From NCBI GenBank assembly GCA_945883795.1, contig CAMCYC010000005.1:6213-70212 (forward strand): DNA of 64,000 bases, given 5' to 3'. Position numbers and translations under genes: made by a program. This DNA comes from Sulfurimonas crateris. Lineage in GTDB: Bacteria > Campylobacterota > Campylobacteria > Campylobacterales > Sulfurimonadaceae. Of this stretch, positions 17,477 to 25,930 are shown piece by piece. Position 1 is the stretch's first letter, and the number at the start of each line of letters is the position of its first letter. The notes under the pieces are model-generated. The model was not told the origin of the DNA and ran no database searches. It saw nothing but the letters and a program-made list of their open reading frames with translations.

Positions 17477-17525
17477 GTTTTGAAAAAGTAGTTTCATGAT
17501 GAAGCTGTTGAAAATGGAGGGTGTT

Positions 17526-18215
17526 ATGAGTGATTTATCTTATCTTTCTAAATTAAAGATTTTATATGTAGAGGATGATCAAGAGACTAGACTTTTTACG
17601 CTTGAACTATTCCAATTTTTTTTTTCTGATATTGATGTTGCAGTGAATGGACAGGATGGATTAGATAAGTTTAAAGCATCTACTTATGATGCAATATTTA
17701 CTGATATAAATATGCCAATTATGGATGGACTGAAGATGATACAAGAGATTCGTATATTCAATAAGAATGTACCTATCTTTATCTTTTCTGCACATGATGA
17801 AGTAAATTATTTTATAGCAGGCATATACCATGGAATTGATGGGTATCTTTTAAAACCATTTAGTATGAAAGAACTTAAAGATATTATTAACAAACTTGCA
17901 GAAAAAACACAAATTATTTCGACACAAAACAATGGTATAAAAAAACTTATAAATGGGTTTTATTGGGATAAAACAACTGAAACACTCTATCAATATAATA
18001 AAAAAATAGACCTTACAAAAAATGAGATACTACTTTTTGAATTGTTAACATCATCACAGAGTAGAATATTTTCATCCATAGATATAGATACTGTAATCTT
18101 CGATGATGATAAAAGCGATACTTTTAGAGTTAGAAATCTTTTATCGAGATTAAAAAAGAAACTTCAATGCGATTTAATAGAATCCATCTACGCTCATGGT
18201 TACAGACTCAAATAA
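17526..18215 (+). CDS. OmpR/PhoB-family response regulator (REC plus winged-helix)
   Basis: ATG at 17526 after GGAGGG. REC motifs ILYVEDD, AIFTDINMP, LLKPF. C-terminal LTKNEILLFELL...RVRNLLSRLKKKL...HGYRL is a winged helix. Confidence 0.85.
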   Translation: MSDLSYLSKLKILYVEDDQETRLFTLELFQFFFSDIDVAVNGQDGLDKFKASTYDAIFTDINMPIMDGLKMIQEIRIFNKNVPIFIFSAHDEVNYFIAGIYHGIDGYLLKPFSMKELKDIINKLAEKTQIISTQNNGIKKLINGFYWDKTTETLYQYNKKIDLTKNEILLFELLTSSQSRIFSSIDIDTVIFDDDKSDTFRVRNLLSRLKKKLQCDLIESIYAHGYRLK

Positions 18216-18354
18216 TTCATAATAGATTTCTCGGCATCCTTCACCAACCACAAAAAGTAATAGACAGTTTTAATTTAATAAAAAATAGACAATAATCCCA
18301 TTATTTTACTTTTCTTAGATTATTTCTCCTACTTTTTTCTTTAATTGTCTATAG

Positions 18355-18462
18355 GTTGTGAAGGATGCCAAAAAAAAATTTTGGACTGATGGATATTTTG
18401 TATGTAGTATCGGTGAGGCTAGCCCTGAAACTATCCATAATTATATTATCAATCAAGGCTAA
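18355..18462 (+). pseudogene. 3-prime remnant of an IS200/IS605-family TnpA (Y1 transposase)
   Basis: The frame starting at 18355 reads VVKDAKKKFWTDGYFVCSIGEASPETIHNYIINQG*. This matches the conserved TnpA C-terminus pattern FW..GY.V..(I/V)G.....I..YI..Q. There is no N-terminal part and a stop lies immediately upstream. Confidence 0.7.
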
Positions 18463-18487
18463 AGACGATTGGGATTTCAGCTATTTA
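18458..18487. repeat. copy 3 of the repeat, in the position expected for an IS200 right end
   Basis: Identical 30-mer to 364..393. It begins inside the last codons of the TnpA remnant, and identity with copy 1 stops at the same base in both. Confidence 0.7.
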
Positions 18488-18533
18488 GATATTGGTATTT
18501 TAAATTCTTTAAAAAATAGAAAGAAAATTTCAT

Positions 18534-18573
18534 ATTTAAATAAATGTTTATAATAATAAACATTTATTTAAAT
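18534..18573. repeat. perfect 18-bp-arm palindrome with a 4-nt spacer
   Basis: ATTTAAATAAATGTTTAT-AATA-ATAAACATTTATTTAAAT, about 135 nt upstream of the cytochrome start codon. Confidence 0.8.
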
Positions 18574-18577
18574 TATT

Positions 18578-18610
18578 TATCAAATTTTTTTATCAAATTT
18601 TTATCAAATT
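18578..18610 (+). promoter_or_regulatory. three direct repeats TATCAAATT spaced 13 and 11 nt (candidate response-regulator binding sites)
   Basis: Copies start at 18578, 18591 and 18602. The repeats are seen directly; the binding function is inferred. Confidence 0.35.
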
Positions 18611-18706
18611 ATTAGATTTAATGATATAAAGAGAATATTTTAACCTTAATTTAAATTAGAAAATATAATAATTAGGACAAGTTTACAAAAAAAAGGGAGA
18701 AATGTT

Positions 18707-21076
18707 ATGAAGAACGCATTATTAGTTGCATTGTTGGCTTCGGCTACCGTTGCATCTACCACATCGTTAGCATATGATGCGAATCCACCATTTAAATTGG
18801 ACAAGCTCAAATCGTATGTCACTAAAGATGATAATGGTAAAGAAGTTAAAGGTTATGAACCAAAAAGCAGTTACAATATATTTGTAAACTATGAGTTAGG
18901 TATGCACTGTGTTGGTTTTTCTATGGATTATTGTTGTGTAATTCCTCCATATAATTCTATTCAAGCACAAGCTGTTCGTTCTGGAGAAGAGGGAAAATTT
19001 CCTAAACTTCTTTCACCAGAAGATGATGTTAAACTTTACTATTATCTAAGAGATAATTCATATAGTGAAGGTAACAAAATGAGATATTGGTCTGTACCAA
19101 AAGATACAGATGGTGATAGTCACTTTGACTCCCCAAATGATAATGTTGCTAATTATGTTTGGAACCACTTATTTATCTATAAAGACCTTGAAGGTACTAT
19201 GCCCGCTGGTGCAACTGATAAAGACCGTCTAAGAATAGGTAGAGATGTTCCTATTAGTATTGACTGTGGTCCTTCTGGAAAATCTATATCTGGTGGTTAC
19301 TTAGAATACGCAGGTCCGCATGGTGGAAATATTGTATTTTCAGATACGCTTGTTCCTGCTGTAAAAAATGTTAAATTAGTTCTTACTGCTTCACATATTT
19401 GGGATGCTCTTGGTTTACCATTAACTGCATTTCATGATACAACAAGAAAAGGGACTATCCGTAGTGTAACTGAATCTGATTTCCAACCATTTCAATATTC
19501 AACTGTAGAGTTACATAACCGTACTGGTAAAGCTTTTCATACAAAAGATGGACAAACTGTGTCTTACTTTGGAACAAATCCAGTTGATATTCCAAACTGC
19601 TACGCTTGTCACTCAAGAAATGGTAAAGCAGCTCAAATGGCAAGAGATGAAGGTTTGAATTTAAGTGATAAAGAATACGCTTATTGGAAAACATACGCAG
19701 ATGAAAGTGAATATATGGCAAGACTTGCAGAAGGTTCAATCAATATTCTTTCCCTTCATGATGCACACCATGGCACTTCATTTTTAGCAGATTATAAAGA
19801 AAATGCATCTGGAAATCGACTAGGTAAAGTTGGTCTTGTAAACTGTACTGACTGTCATGGAGATAATGTTTCTGGTAACTTAAAAGAACCACGAGAAACT
19901 GCAACTGGTTATCAAGCGGTACATGCTAAAACTTTATCAGAAGCACTTCATGGGTTTCACCTTGGAATGGTTCCAATGCCTGATGGAGCTGGTAGAAGTC
20001 AAGCTTGTCAAAGTTGTCACCCAACTCACTTCCAAAACCCTAACATGAATGATGATTCTAATCCATACCGTGTAACGGATAGATTTGGTGAAGGTAGATT
20101 TGCGAAAGCGGATATTAGAACAAGTGGTGGTGGCTGTTATGTTCGTCGTGATGCACACTCAAATCCAAATGCTAAACCTCCTTTTTTCTTAAATGATTAT
20201 GGAAAATGGCAGTTTAACAATGTTTCTACTAAAGATGAAAATGGCAAAGATAGCAAAGAACTTCGTGGTCTTTACTGTACAAACTGTCATACAAAAGTAG
20301 CTCAAGAGTTCCAAAACTTTGATAATATCACTAATGATAGCACTCAAGAAGGCAAAACTTTAAGAAATAAAACACTCAAAGAGATGGTAAAAGAGATAAC
20401 TGGTGGCGATATGAAAAAATTTGCTGCTCTTGCTGACCCTAAAGTAACTGGCGATAATGAAGTAATGAAATACTATACAGAACATAAATCACCTGTACTT
20501 GTAAAAAATGTTGCTAAAGATGGCTTAGACTTAAAACCATGGAATCATCCAACTGGTGGAGAAGTACCATATTCTGCTGCATCTGGTGGTAATGACTGGT
20601 GGTTATCTGCAGGAGAACCTCACTGTGCGGACTGTCATATTGCTCCGTTTGTTGAGCAAGAAACTGGTGGAAAATATTTCCCAATAGATTTACCTAATAA
20701 GTATTCTCTATACAGATATTCAAAAGCACATGGAAACATTGCATGTCAATCATGCCATGAATCAACTCACGGTCTCTATTCATCAAGATTTGATGGTAAA
20801 GAAAAAAGCGTTGATGTGACAACACACGAACAAGCACTTCAATATTCTCCAGATGGTGAATATGCTGGTCCTGTAACATGTTCTGCTTGTCATACAGTAA
20901 ATGATAAAGGTGTTCCATTACAACTTGCGCATACTGAATATGCAAAAGATTATTGGGCTTCTGTAACTTTAGCTCACTTCATGAGAGAAGGTGACCAAAA
21001 ACTTTCTGTAGATGAATTGGTTAAAAAATATCCATTCAAAAAATCTTCAGAAGTCGTTAAAAAAGGGTGGAATTAA
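18707..21076 (+). CDS. secreted multiheme c-type cytochrome (7 CXXCH motifs) with a ~290-aa heme-free N-terminal domain
   Basis: 789 aa. Signal peptide MKNALLVALLASATVASTTSLA. Heme motifs CYACH, CTDCH, CQSCH, CTNCH, CADCH, CQSCH, CSACH. Also a Cys cluster MHCVGFSMDYCC near the N-terminus. GGGAG Shine-Dalgarno sequence. Confidence 0.85.
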   Translation: MKNALLVALLASATVASTTSLAYDANPPFKLDKLKSYVTKDDNGKEVKGYEPKSSYNIFVNYELGMHCVGFSMDYCCVIPPYNSIQAQAVRSGEEGKFPKLLSPEDDVKLYYYLRDNSYSEGNKMRYWSVPKDTDGDSHFDSPNDNVANYVWNHLFIYKDLEGTMPAGATDKDRLRIGRDVPISIDCGPSGKSISGGYLEYAGPHGGNIVFSDTLVPAVKNVKLVLTASHIWDALGLPLTAFHDTTRKGTIRSVTESDFQPFQYSTVELHNRTGKAFHTKDGQTVSYFGTNPVDIPNCYACHSRNGKAAQMARDEGLNLSDKEYAYWKTYADESEYMARLAEGSINILSLHDAHHGTSFLADYKENASGNRLGKVGLVNCTDCHGDNVSGNLKEPRETATGYQAVHAKTLSEALHGFHLGMVPMPDGAGRSQACQSCHPTHFQNPNMNDDSNPYRVTDRFGEGRFAKADIRTSGGGCYVRRDAHSNPNAKPPFFLNDYGKWQFNNVSTKDENGKDSKELRGLYCTNCHTKVAQEFQNFDNITNDSTQEGKTLRNKTLKEMVKEITGGDMKKFAALADPKVTGDNEVMKYYTEHKSPVLVKNVAKDGLDLKPWNHPTGGEVPYSAASGGNDWWLSAGEPHCADCHIAPFVEQETGGKYFPIDLPNKYSLYRYSKAHGNIACQSCHESTHGLYSSRFDGKEKSVDVTTHEQALQYSPDGEYAGPVTCSACHTVNDKGVPLQLAHTEYAKDYWASVTLAHFMREGDQKLSVDELVKKYPFKKSSEVVKKGWN

Positions 21077-21204
21077 TCCTTCCTTCTCGACTTTATCCCT
21101 CTCTTGAGGGGTAAATATTTCATCGTTTCAATATCAAAAAGTATTTTTGTTAAAGTGTATAATTTATAAATTTTAACAAATATATATAATCTAAAGGTAT
21201 TTTC

Positions 21205-21882
21205 ATGAAATCAAGCATATTTGCGTTAGCTACTCTACTTCTCTCAACACAGACATTACAAGCAGAACTTGTAAAAACAAACTTTCCTACAGGTGAATTA
21301 CAATCAGAAACTAACTACCGTGATGGGAGTCGCTCTGATATGAGAAAAGGTATCAAAGAGGGTTTAGAAAAAAACTACTATGAAATGGGAAATATTGCAT
21401 TTGAAGTGAATTATCTCAATAATGAACGAGATGGTGTTCTTAAATGGTATGATAAAGAGGGAAATCTTCTTTCTCAAACCACTTATCAACAAGGTAAAAT
21501 AGTTGGTTTAGATGTAGAATATTACAAAAATAAGCAAATTAAACATAGTGTCATGTATGTAAACGACCAAAAAGAGGAGTTAGAAAAAGAGTATTTTGAT
21601 AATAATCAACTCGCATTAGTAGTTCCATACATTCATGGTAAAAAAGAGGGGATACAAAAAGAATATACTTATGAAGGAAAACTTTATACAGAAGTAAATT
21701 ATAAAAATAATTATAAAGAAGGTTTACAAACTTGGTATGATACTAAAGGTAATATCATAAAAACAGAACTTTTTAAAAAAGATAGACCCGTAGATGTCAT
21801 GAAGAAAATGCAAACAGATTATGAGCATGAAAAAGTTATAATACAAGGGTTAAACTTTTCACCAAATAGACCTCAAAACTAA
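21205..21882 (+). CDS. secreted MORN-repeat-variant (YwqK-like) protein
   Basis: 225 aa with a signal peptide. Repeated units of the form G....Y...G......Y.NG..(E/D)G (for example NNERDGVLKWYDKEGNLL, KKEGIQKEYTYEGKLY). Confidence 0.7.
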   Translation: MKSSIFALATLLLSTQTLQAELVKTNFPTGELQSETNYRDGSRSDMRKGIKEGLEKNYYEMGNIAFEVNYLNNERDGVLKWYDKEGNLLSQTTYQQGKIVGLDVEYYKNKQIKHSVMYVNDQKEELEKEYFDNNQLALVVPYIHGKKEGIQKEYTYEGKLYTEVNYKNNYKEGLQTWYDTKGNIIKTELFKKDRPVDVMKKMQTDYEHEKVIIQGLNFSPNRPQN

Positions 21883-21922
21883 ATAGCCAAAAAAGCTATC
21901 ACGGATATACCAAGGAAATATA

Positions 21923-22771
21923 TTGAAACAAAACGAATACTTAGAACTAGGTCTTATCAACTGCTTACGAGTTGATAGACATACACCACATGGGATATTT
22001 TTAATGTCACTTGATGGACATGATGTTTTACTTCCACAAGCGTATGTCACTGAGAATATGATTGTGGATTCTTTACTTGAAGTGTTTTTATACACTGATT
22101 CAGAAGATAGACTCATTGCTACGAATTTAAAACCAACTGCTATGCTTGATGAGTTTGCACTTTTTGAGGTTGTGGATGTTGCCTCTTTTGGAGCGTTTGT
22201 AAACTGGGGGCTTTTAAAAGATTTACTTGTTCCAAACATGTTTCAAAAAACACCTTTTAAAGTTGGAGAAAAAAGATTTCTCAAAGTTATCTATGATGAG
22301 AGAACGCATAGACTTGTTGGAACTGAGAAATTAGGCGATTTTTTTGACAAACGGGTAAAAGGTTTATCTGTCAATAAAGAGGCACAAATTTTGATTATCT
22401 CAAAAACACCACTTGGATTTAAGTGTATTGTTGAGGGAAAATATGAAGGGCTTATTTATCACAATGAGATTTTTGAAAATATCAATTTAGGTGATATAAA
22501 AACTGCTTATGTAAAAACAATCAGAAAAGATGGCAATATTGACCTTTCATTGCGTAAAACTGGCAGTAAACAAACAGGCAGTGCAACTGATAAAATTCTT
22601 GAACTTCTCAAAACAAATAAAGGTCTTTTACCGTATAACTATAAAAGTGATGCAGAACTTATAAAAGAAGTTTTTGGTTTAAGTAAAAAAGAGTTTAAAC
22701 GCTCACTTACAACTTTACAAGAGAGTGAGAAAATTGAAATTAAAGATACTGGAATTTATCTAAAAGGTTGA
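21923..22771 (+). CDS. S1-like RNA-binding protein (CvfB/YitL family)
   Basis: 282 aa. TTG start after AAGGAA. Repeated S1-like segments (GIFL..DGHDVLLP, FGAFVNWGLLKDLLVP) and a C-terminal winged-helix-like tail. Confidence 0.65.
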   Translation: MKQNEYLELGLINCLRVDRHTPHGIFLMSLDGHDVLLPQAYVTENMIVDSLLEVFLYTDSEDRLIATNLKPTAMLDEFALFEVVDVASFGAFVNWGLLKDLLVPNMFQKTPFKVGEKRFLKVIYDERTHRLVGTEKLGDFFDKRVKGLSVNKEAQILIISKTPLGFKCIVEGKYEGLIYHNEIFENINLGDIKTAYVKTIRKDGNIDLSLRKTGSKQTGSATDKILELLKTNKGLLPYNYKSDAELIKEVFGLSKKEFKRSLTTLQESEKIEIKDTGIYLKG

Positions 22772-22849
22772 GTTTTGGATAAAAAAACAAACATGTGTAC
22801 TTGCCAAAAGAGTTAAAAAAGCTTATAAAATCCAATTAGAGGAATTCAC

Positions 22850-23533
22850 TTGAGCATAAACCAAATACGAATGGCTTTCTATGCAACTTACTTCACAAAC
22901 TATTATGGTCTTAAACTCAAAAGAGCTTCTAGTGTACAAGAAAAAAAACAACTGAGAATAGAATTCACCTCAAGAATTCTTAACCGCCTTAATATTGAAA
23001 TACAAGTGATAAATAGAGAAAAACTTCCTCAAGATGGAAAATACTTACTTGTTTCAAATCATAGAAGCGTTGTTGACCCACTTATTATTGAATTTGCGAC
23101 AAAAGATACAAATCTTTTTGGTCATTGGATTTCAAAAAAAGAGCTTTATAACTCTTTCTTTTTTGGTTTATTTGTAAGAAATGGTGGTGCTATACTTTTA
23201 GACCGAAAAGCCAAACAGATGGGTGGATTTTTTTCTGATATCAAAGAGTGCGTTAAAAGTGGAGATTCAATCTACATATTTCCAGAAGGAACTAGAAATA
23301 CAAAAGAGGGTTTAGGAGAGTTTAAAGAGGGTTCTAAAATTATTGCACTTAAAAATCGTTTACCCATTCTACCTCTTTATATCCGTACAAATGCAAATAA
23401 TACACTCATGGAAGCATTAAAAGGAAAAACTCAAAAAAGAGTTATTGAAGTAGTAATTGGTGATACAATAGATTATAAAGATAAATCTCTCTCTCTTGAA
23501 AATGCCTATAAACAACAATTTAACCTTCTATAA
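22850..23533 (+). CDS. plsC: 1-acyl-sn-glycerol-3-phosphate acyltransferase
   Basis: 227 aa. Acyltransferase motifs NHRSVVDP (HX4D) and FPEGTR. TTG start after GAGGA. Confidence 0.8.
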   Translation: MSINQIRMAFYATYFTNYYGLKLKRASSVQEKKQLRIEFTSRILNRLNIEIQVINREKLPQDGKYLLVSNHRSVVDPLIIEFATKDTNLFGHWISKKELYNSFFFGLFVRNGGAILLDRKAKQMGGFFSDIKECVKSGDSIYIFPEGTRNTKEGLGEFKEGSKIIALKNRLPILPLYIRTNANNTLMEALKGKTQKRVIEVVIGDTIDYKDKSLSLENAYKQQFNLL

Positions 23534-23558
23534 GACCGTGATTGTTAGAGGATAAAAC

Positions 23559-23726
23559 ATGAAACTTATAGTACAGCTCACATTGTTGTTAATTTTTTTA
23601 ATTAATTTAAGTGGTTGTTATGTCGGATTTTTGTTTAAAATACCCCAATATCGTTATATAAGACATAGCCATGATTCTCATCATACAAGACATAGCCATA
23701 GCCATGATTCTCCTTATAGAAGATAG
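23559..23726 (+). CDS. small His-rich lipoprotein (55 aa), absent from the supplied ORF track
   Basis: MKLIVQLTLLLIFLINLSGCYVGFLFKIPQYRYIRHSHDSHHTRHSHSHDSPYRR. Lipobox LSGC, GAGGA Shine-Dalgarno 6 nt upstream, 8 His in the last 21 residues. Confidence 0.5.
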   Translation: MKLIVQLTLLLIFLINLSGCYVGFLFKIPQYRYIRHSHDSHHTRHSHSHDSPYRR

Positions 23727-23734
23727 GTGAAAAA

Positions 23735-24256
23735 TTAGTGATTAAATAAAAGGACTATCTCCTTTAAAGAATAATTATTTTTTCTGCTCACTTTTACTCC
23801 TAATGATGTAACCTCTTGTAGGAGCGTTTGCATCAATATTTCAAACCGAGTTTCAAGAACCTCGCTGAGTCCAATTTTAACACTATTTATATCTTCTGGA
23901 ATTATCCCAAAAATAGTGATATTTGCTCTTTTCCCATGAAGCTCACATGCTTCTAGCATCTGCACTACCTCTACTTCATGGGCTGTATTTTTATATTTAC
24001 TTGAGCCGAGTAATACATCTGAGGGGATTTTATAGATTGTTCCCACTGTATCATTTGCAGAGATGGTATCTATGATAAAAACATTGTCATACTCTAAAAA
24101 ATACTCTACCAAATTAAACCCAAGTGTGCCACCATCAAGGAGTTCGACATCTGGAGCAAACTCAAAATTTTGCTTTAAATAGGCTATGGCAATTACCCCA
24201 ATTCCATCATCACAAAAGAGTAAATTACCAATACCTATAATTATATTTTTTGCCAT
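23735..24256 (-). CDS. [NiFe] hydrogenase maturation endopeptidase (HyaD/HoxW family)
   Basis: 173 aa. IIGIGNLLFCDDGIGV, LLDGGTLG and FIIDT motifs. Directly downstream of the large subunit. Confidence 0.85.
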   Translation of the reverse strand: MAKNIIIGIGNLLFCDDGIGVIAIAYLKQNFEFAPDVELLDGGTLGFNLVEYFLEYDNVFIIDTISANDTVGTIYKIPSDVLLGSSKYKNTAHEVEVVQMLEACELHGKRANITIFGIIPEDINSVKIGLSEVLETRFEILMQTLLQEVTSLGVKVSRKNNYSLKEIVLLFNH

Positions 24257-24259
24257 TTT

Positions 24260-25930
24260 TTAAAATGTTTTTATCTTATAGTGACTCAACTCTTTACCAT
24301 CTGCATCTATCACATGCACTGCACATGCTAAACAAGGGTCAAAAGAGTGTAACACTTTTAACACTTCAAGCGGTTTGGAGGTGTCTTTTATCTTTAATCC
24401 AATTAAAGCCTCTTCATACGCACCTCGAAGACCATCAAAATTTTTGGGTGTAGCATTCCAAGTTGTGGGAGCAATCACCGAATAATTCTCTATTTTGGCA
24501 TCTTTGATACTCACGAAATGGGATAAAACACCTCGAGGCACTTCCAAAAATGAACGCCCTTTTGTCTCTTTTTGGAGTTTTTCAAAATCGTATTTCACCC
24601 ATGTATCTGTATCGTAATACTTAATATTTTGAATCAAACGGGAAACTAACTTAAAAATATATTCGCAAATATAAGCACTTTCAATCGCTCTTGCTCCATT
24701 TCTTCCAACCGTTGAGGATAAATCAAGAAGTTCTAAATCAGTGTCATGTAAAAATTCATCTACAAAAGATTTGATAAGTTTATTCCCTTTTGAGTAACTC
24801 ACAAGCACCCGTGCCAAAGGTCCGCTCTCCATAGTTTTGCCATCGTATCGGGGTGCTTTTATCCATGAGTATTTATCATCATTTTTTGCAGTTTTGAGTG
24901 TTCTATCTTCATTTAAATCTGTATAACAAATTTCATTCTCTTTTGCATCACCGCTAAACCATGTACGGTCAATCTCTTCGGTTACTTTGGACGCATCAAA
25001 CTCTGTAATATTGCTAAAATCATGATTATAAATTATTCCATTACAAAAAAGTCTTTGTTCTGCTTCAAACTCATAGCCACCTACACACAAAAAGTTTCCA
25101 TTTGCTCTACCGATTCCTCCTTTTATCTCATCACGGTAGACTAGCGCAAGAAGTTTTGCATCGGGTAAATAGGCACGGTCAATGAACTCTTTTGCCTCTT
25201 TAATGATAAAAATATAATCATTAAGTCTTTGAGGATTGAGCATATCAGCGACACTTGTGACTCCGCCTACTACCAAAGTTTGAGGATGCGGTGTTTTTCC
25301 TCCAAAAATAGCTATAGCTTTAGAGATATTTGTTTGAAATTTTAATGCTTCTAAATAGTGTGAAATTAAAATAAGATTTTGTTCAGGGGTAAGTTTATAA
25401 TCACTATGCCCCCAATATCCATTGGAAAATGGTCCAAGTTTTCCAGCTTTTACAAAATTACCCACTTTTGTAAGCACTGCTTCATAATCACTACTGTAGG
25501 GATTATTGTGGTATTTTTGTGCCTCTTGAGCTGTCAGTTTGGCAGATGCCAAAAGTGCACTTGTTACATCCACAAAATCCAAAGAATGCAGATGATAAAA
25601 ATGGACAACATGGTCTTGAATAAAAAGTGCCATAGCGATTAAATCCCGAATAATCTCCGCATTTTTTGGAATCTCTAAAGAGTAAGCATCTTCGACACAG
25701 CTTATTGCTCCACGAAAATGGGAATTTGTACAAACTCCGCAAATTCTTCCCGCTAAAAGTCCAGCGTCTCGTGGGTCTCTGTTTTTGAGAATAATTTCAA
25801 TCCCCCGAAAAAGCTGACCGCTTACAAAGGCTTCTTGGACAACTCCATGTGCATCGACTATAACTTCCGCTCTTAAATGCCCTTCAATTCTTGTAATTGG
25901 GTCAATTACGATTTTTTTCGTACTCATCAC
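24260..25930 (-). CDS. [NiFe] hydrogenase large subunit
   Basis: 556 aa. N-terminal RIEGH and RICGVCTNSH. C-terminal DPCLACAVH followed by a 17-aa extension (VIDADGKELSHYKIKTF), a substrate for the protease. Confidence 0.92.
   Translation of the reverse strand: MMSTKKIVIDPITRIEGHLRAEVIVDAHGVVQEAFVSGQLFRGIEIILKNRDPRDAGLLAGRICGVCTNSHFRGAISCVEDAYSLEIPKNAEIIRDLIAMALFIQDHVVHFYHLHSLDFVDVTSALLASAKLTAQEAQKYHNNPYSSDYEAVLTKVGNFVKAGKLGPFSNGYWGHSDYKLTPEQNLILISHYLEALKFQTNISKAIAIFGGKTPHPQTLVVGGVTSVADMLNPQRLNDYIFIIKEAKEFIDRAYLPDAKLLALVYRDEIKGGIGRANGNFLCVGGYEFEAEQRLFCNGIIYNHDFSNITEFDASKVTEEIDRTWFSGDAKENEICYTDLNEDRTLKTAKNDDKYSWIKAPRYDGKTMESGPLARVLVSYSKGNKLIKSFVDEFLHDTDLELLDLSSTVGRNGARAIESAYICEYIFKLVSRLIQNIKYYDTDTWVKYDFEKLQKETKGRSFLEVPRGVLSHFVSIKDAKIENYSVIAPTTWNATPKNFDGLRGAYEEALIGLKIKDTSKPLEVLKVLHSFDPCLACAVHVIDADGKELSHYKIKTF

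Noticed and set aside
18365-18553. A 62-aa ORF sits in the regulator-cytochrome intergenic region.
   Set aside because: A different frame of the same DNA encodes a recognisable IS200/IS605 TnpA C-terminus ending at 18462. The 62-aa ORF runs through the IS-end repeat and AT-rich spacer and has no Shine-Dalgarno sequence.
18707-21076. The heptaheme cytochrome might be an MccA-type octaheme sulfite reductase, because Wolinella MccA also has a dedicated two-component system.
   Set aside because: I find no CX15CH or CX12-17CH eighth heme motif. The downstream genes are not mccB/C/D-like, since a MORN-repeat protein follows. I therefore left it unassigned.
21077-21204. A possible terminator lies after the cytochrome gene (CCCTC-TCTT-GAGGG).
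   Set aside because: The stem is only 5 bp and has no convincing T-tract, which is too weak to call.
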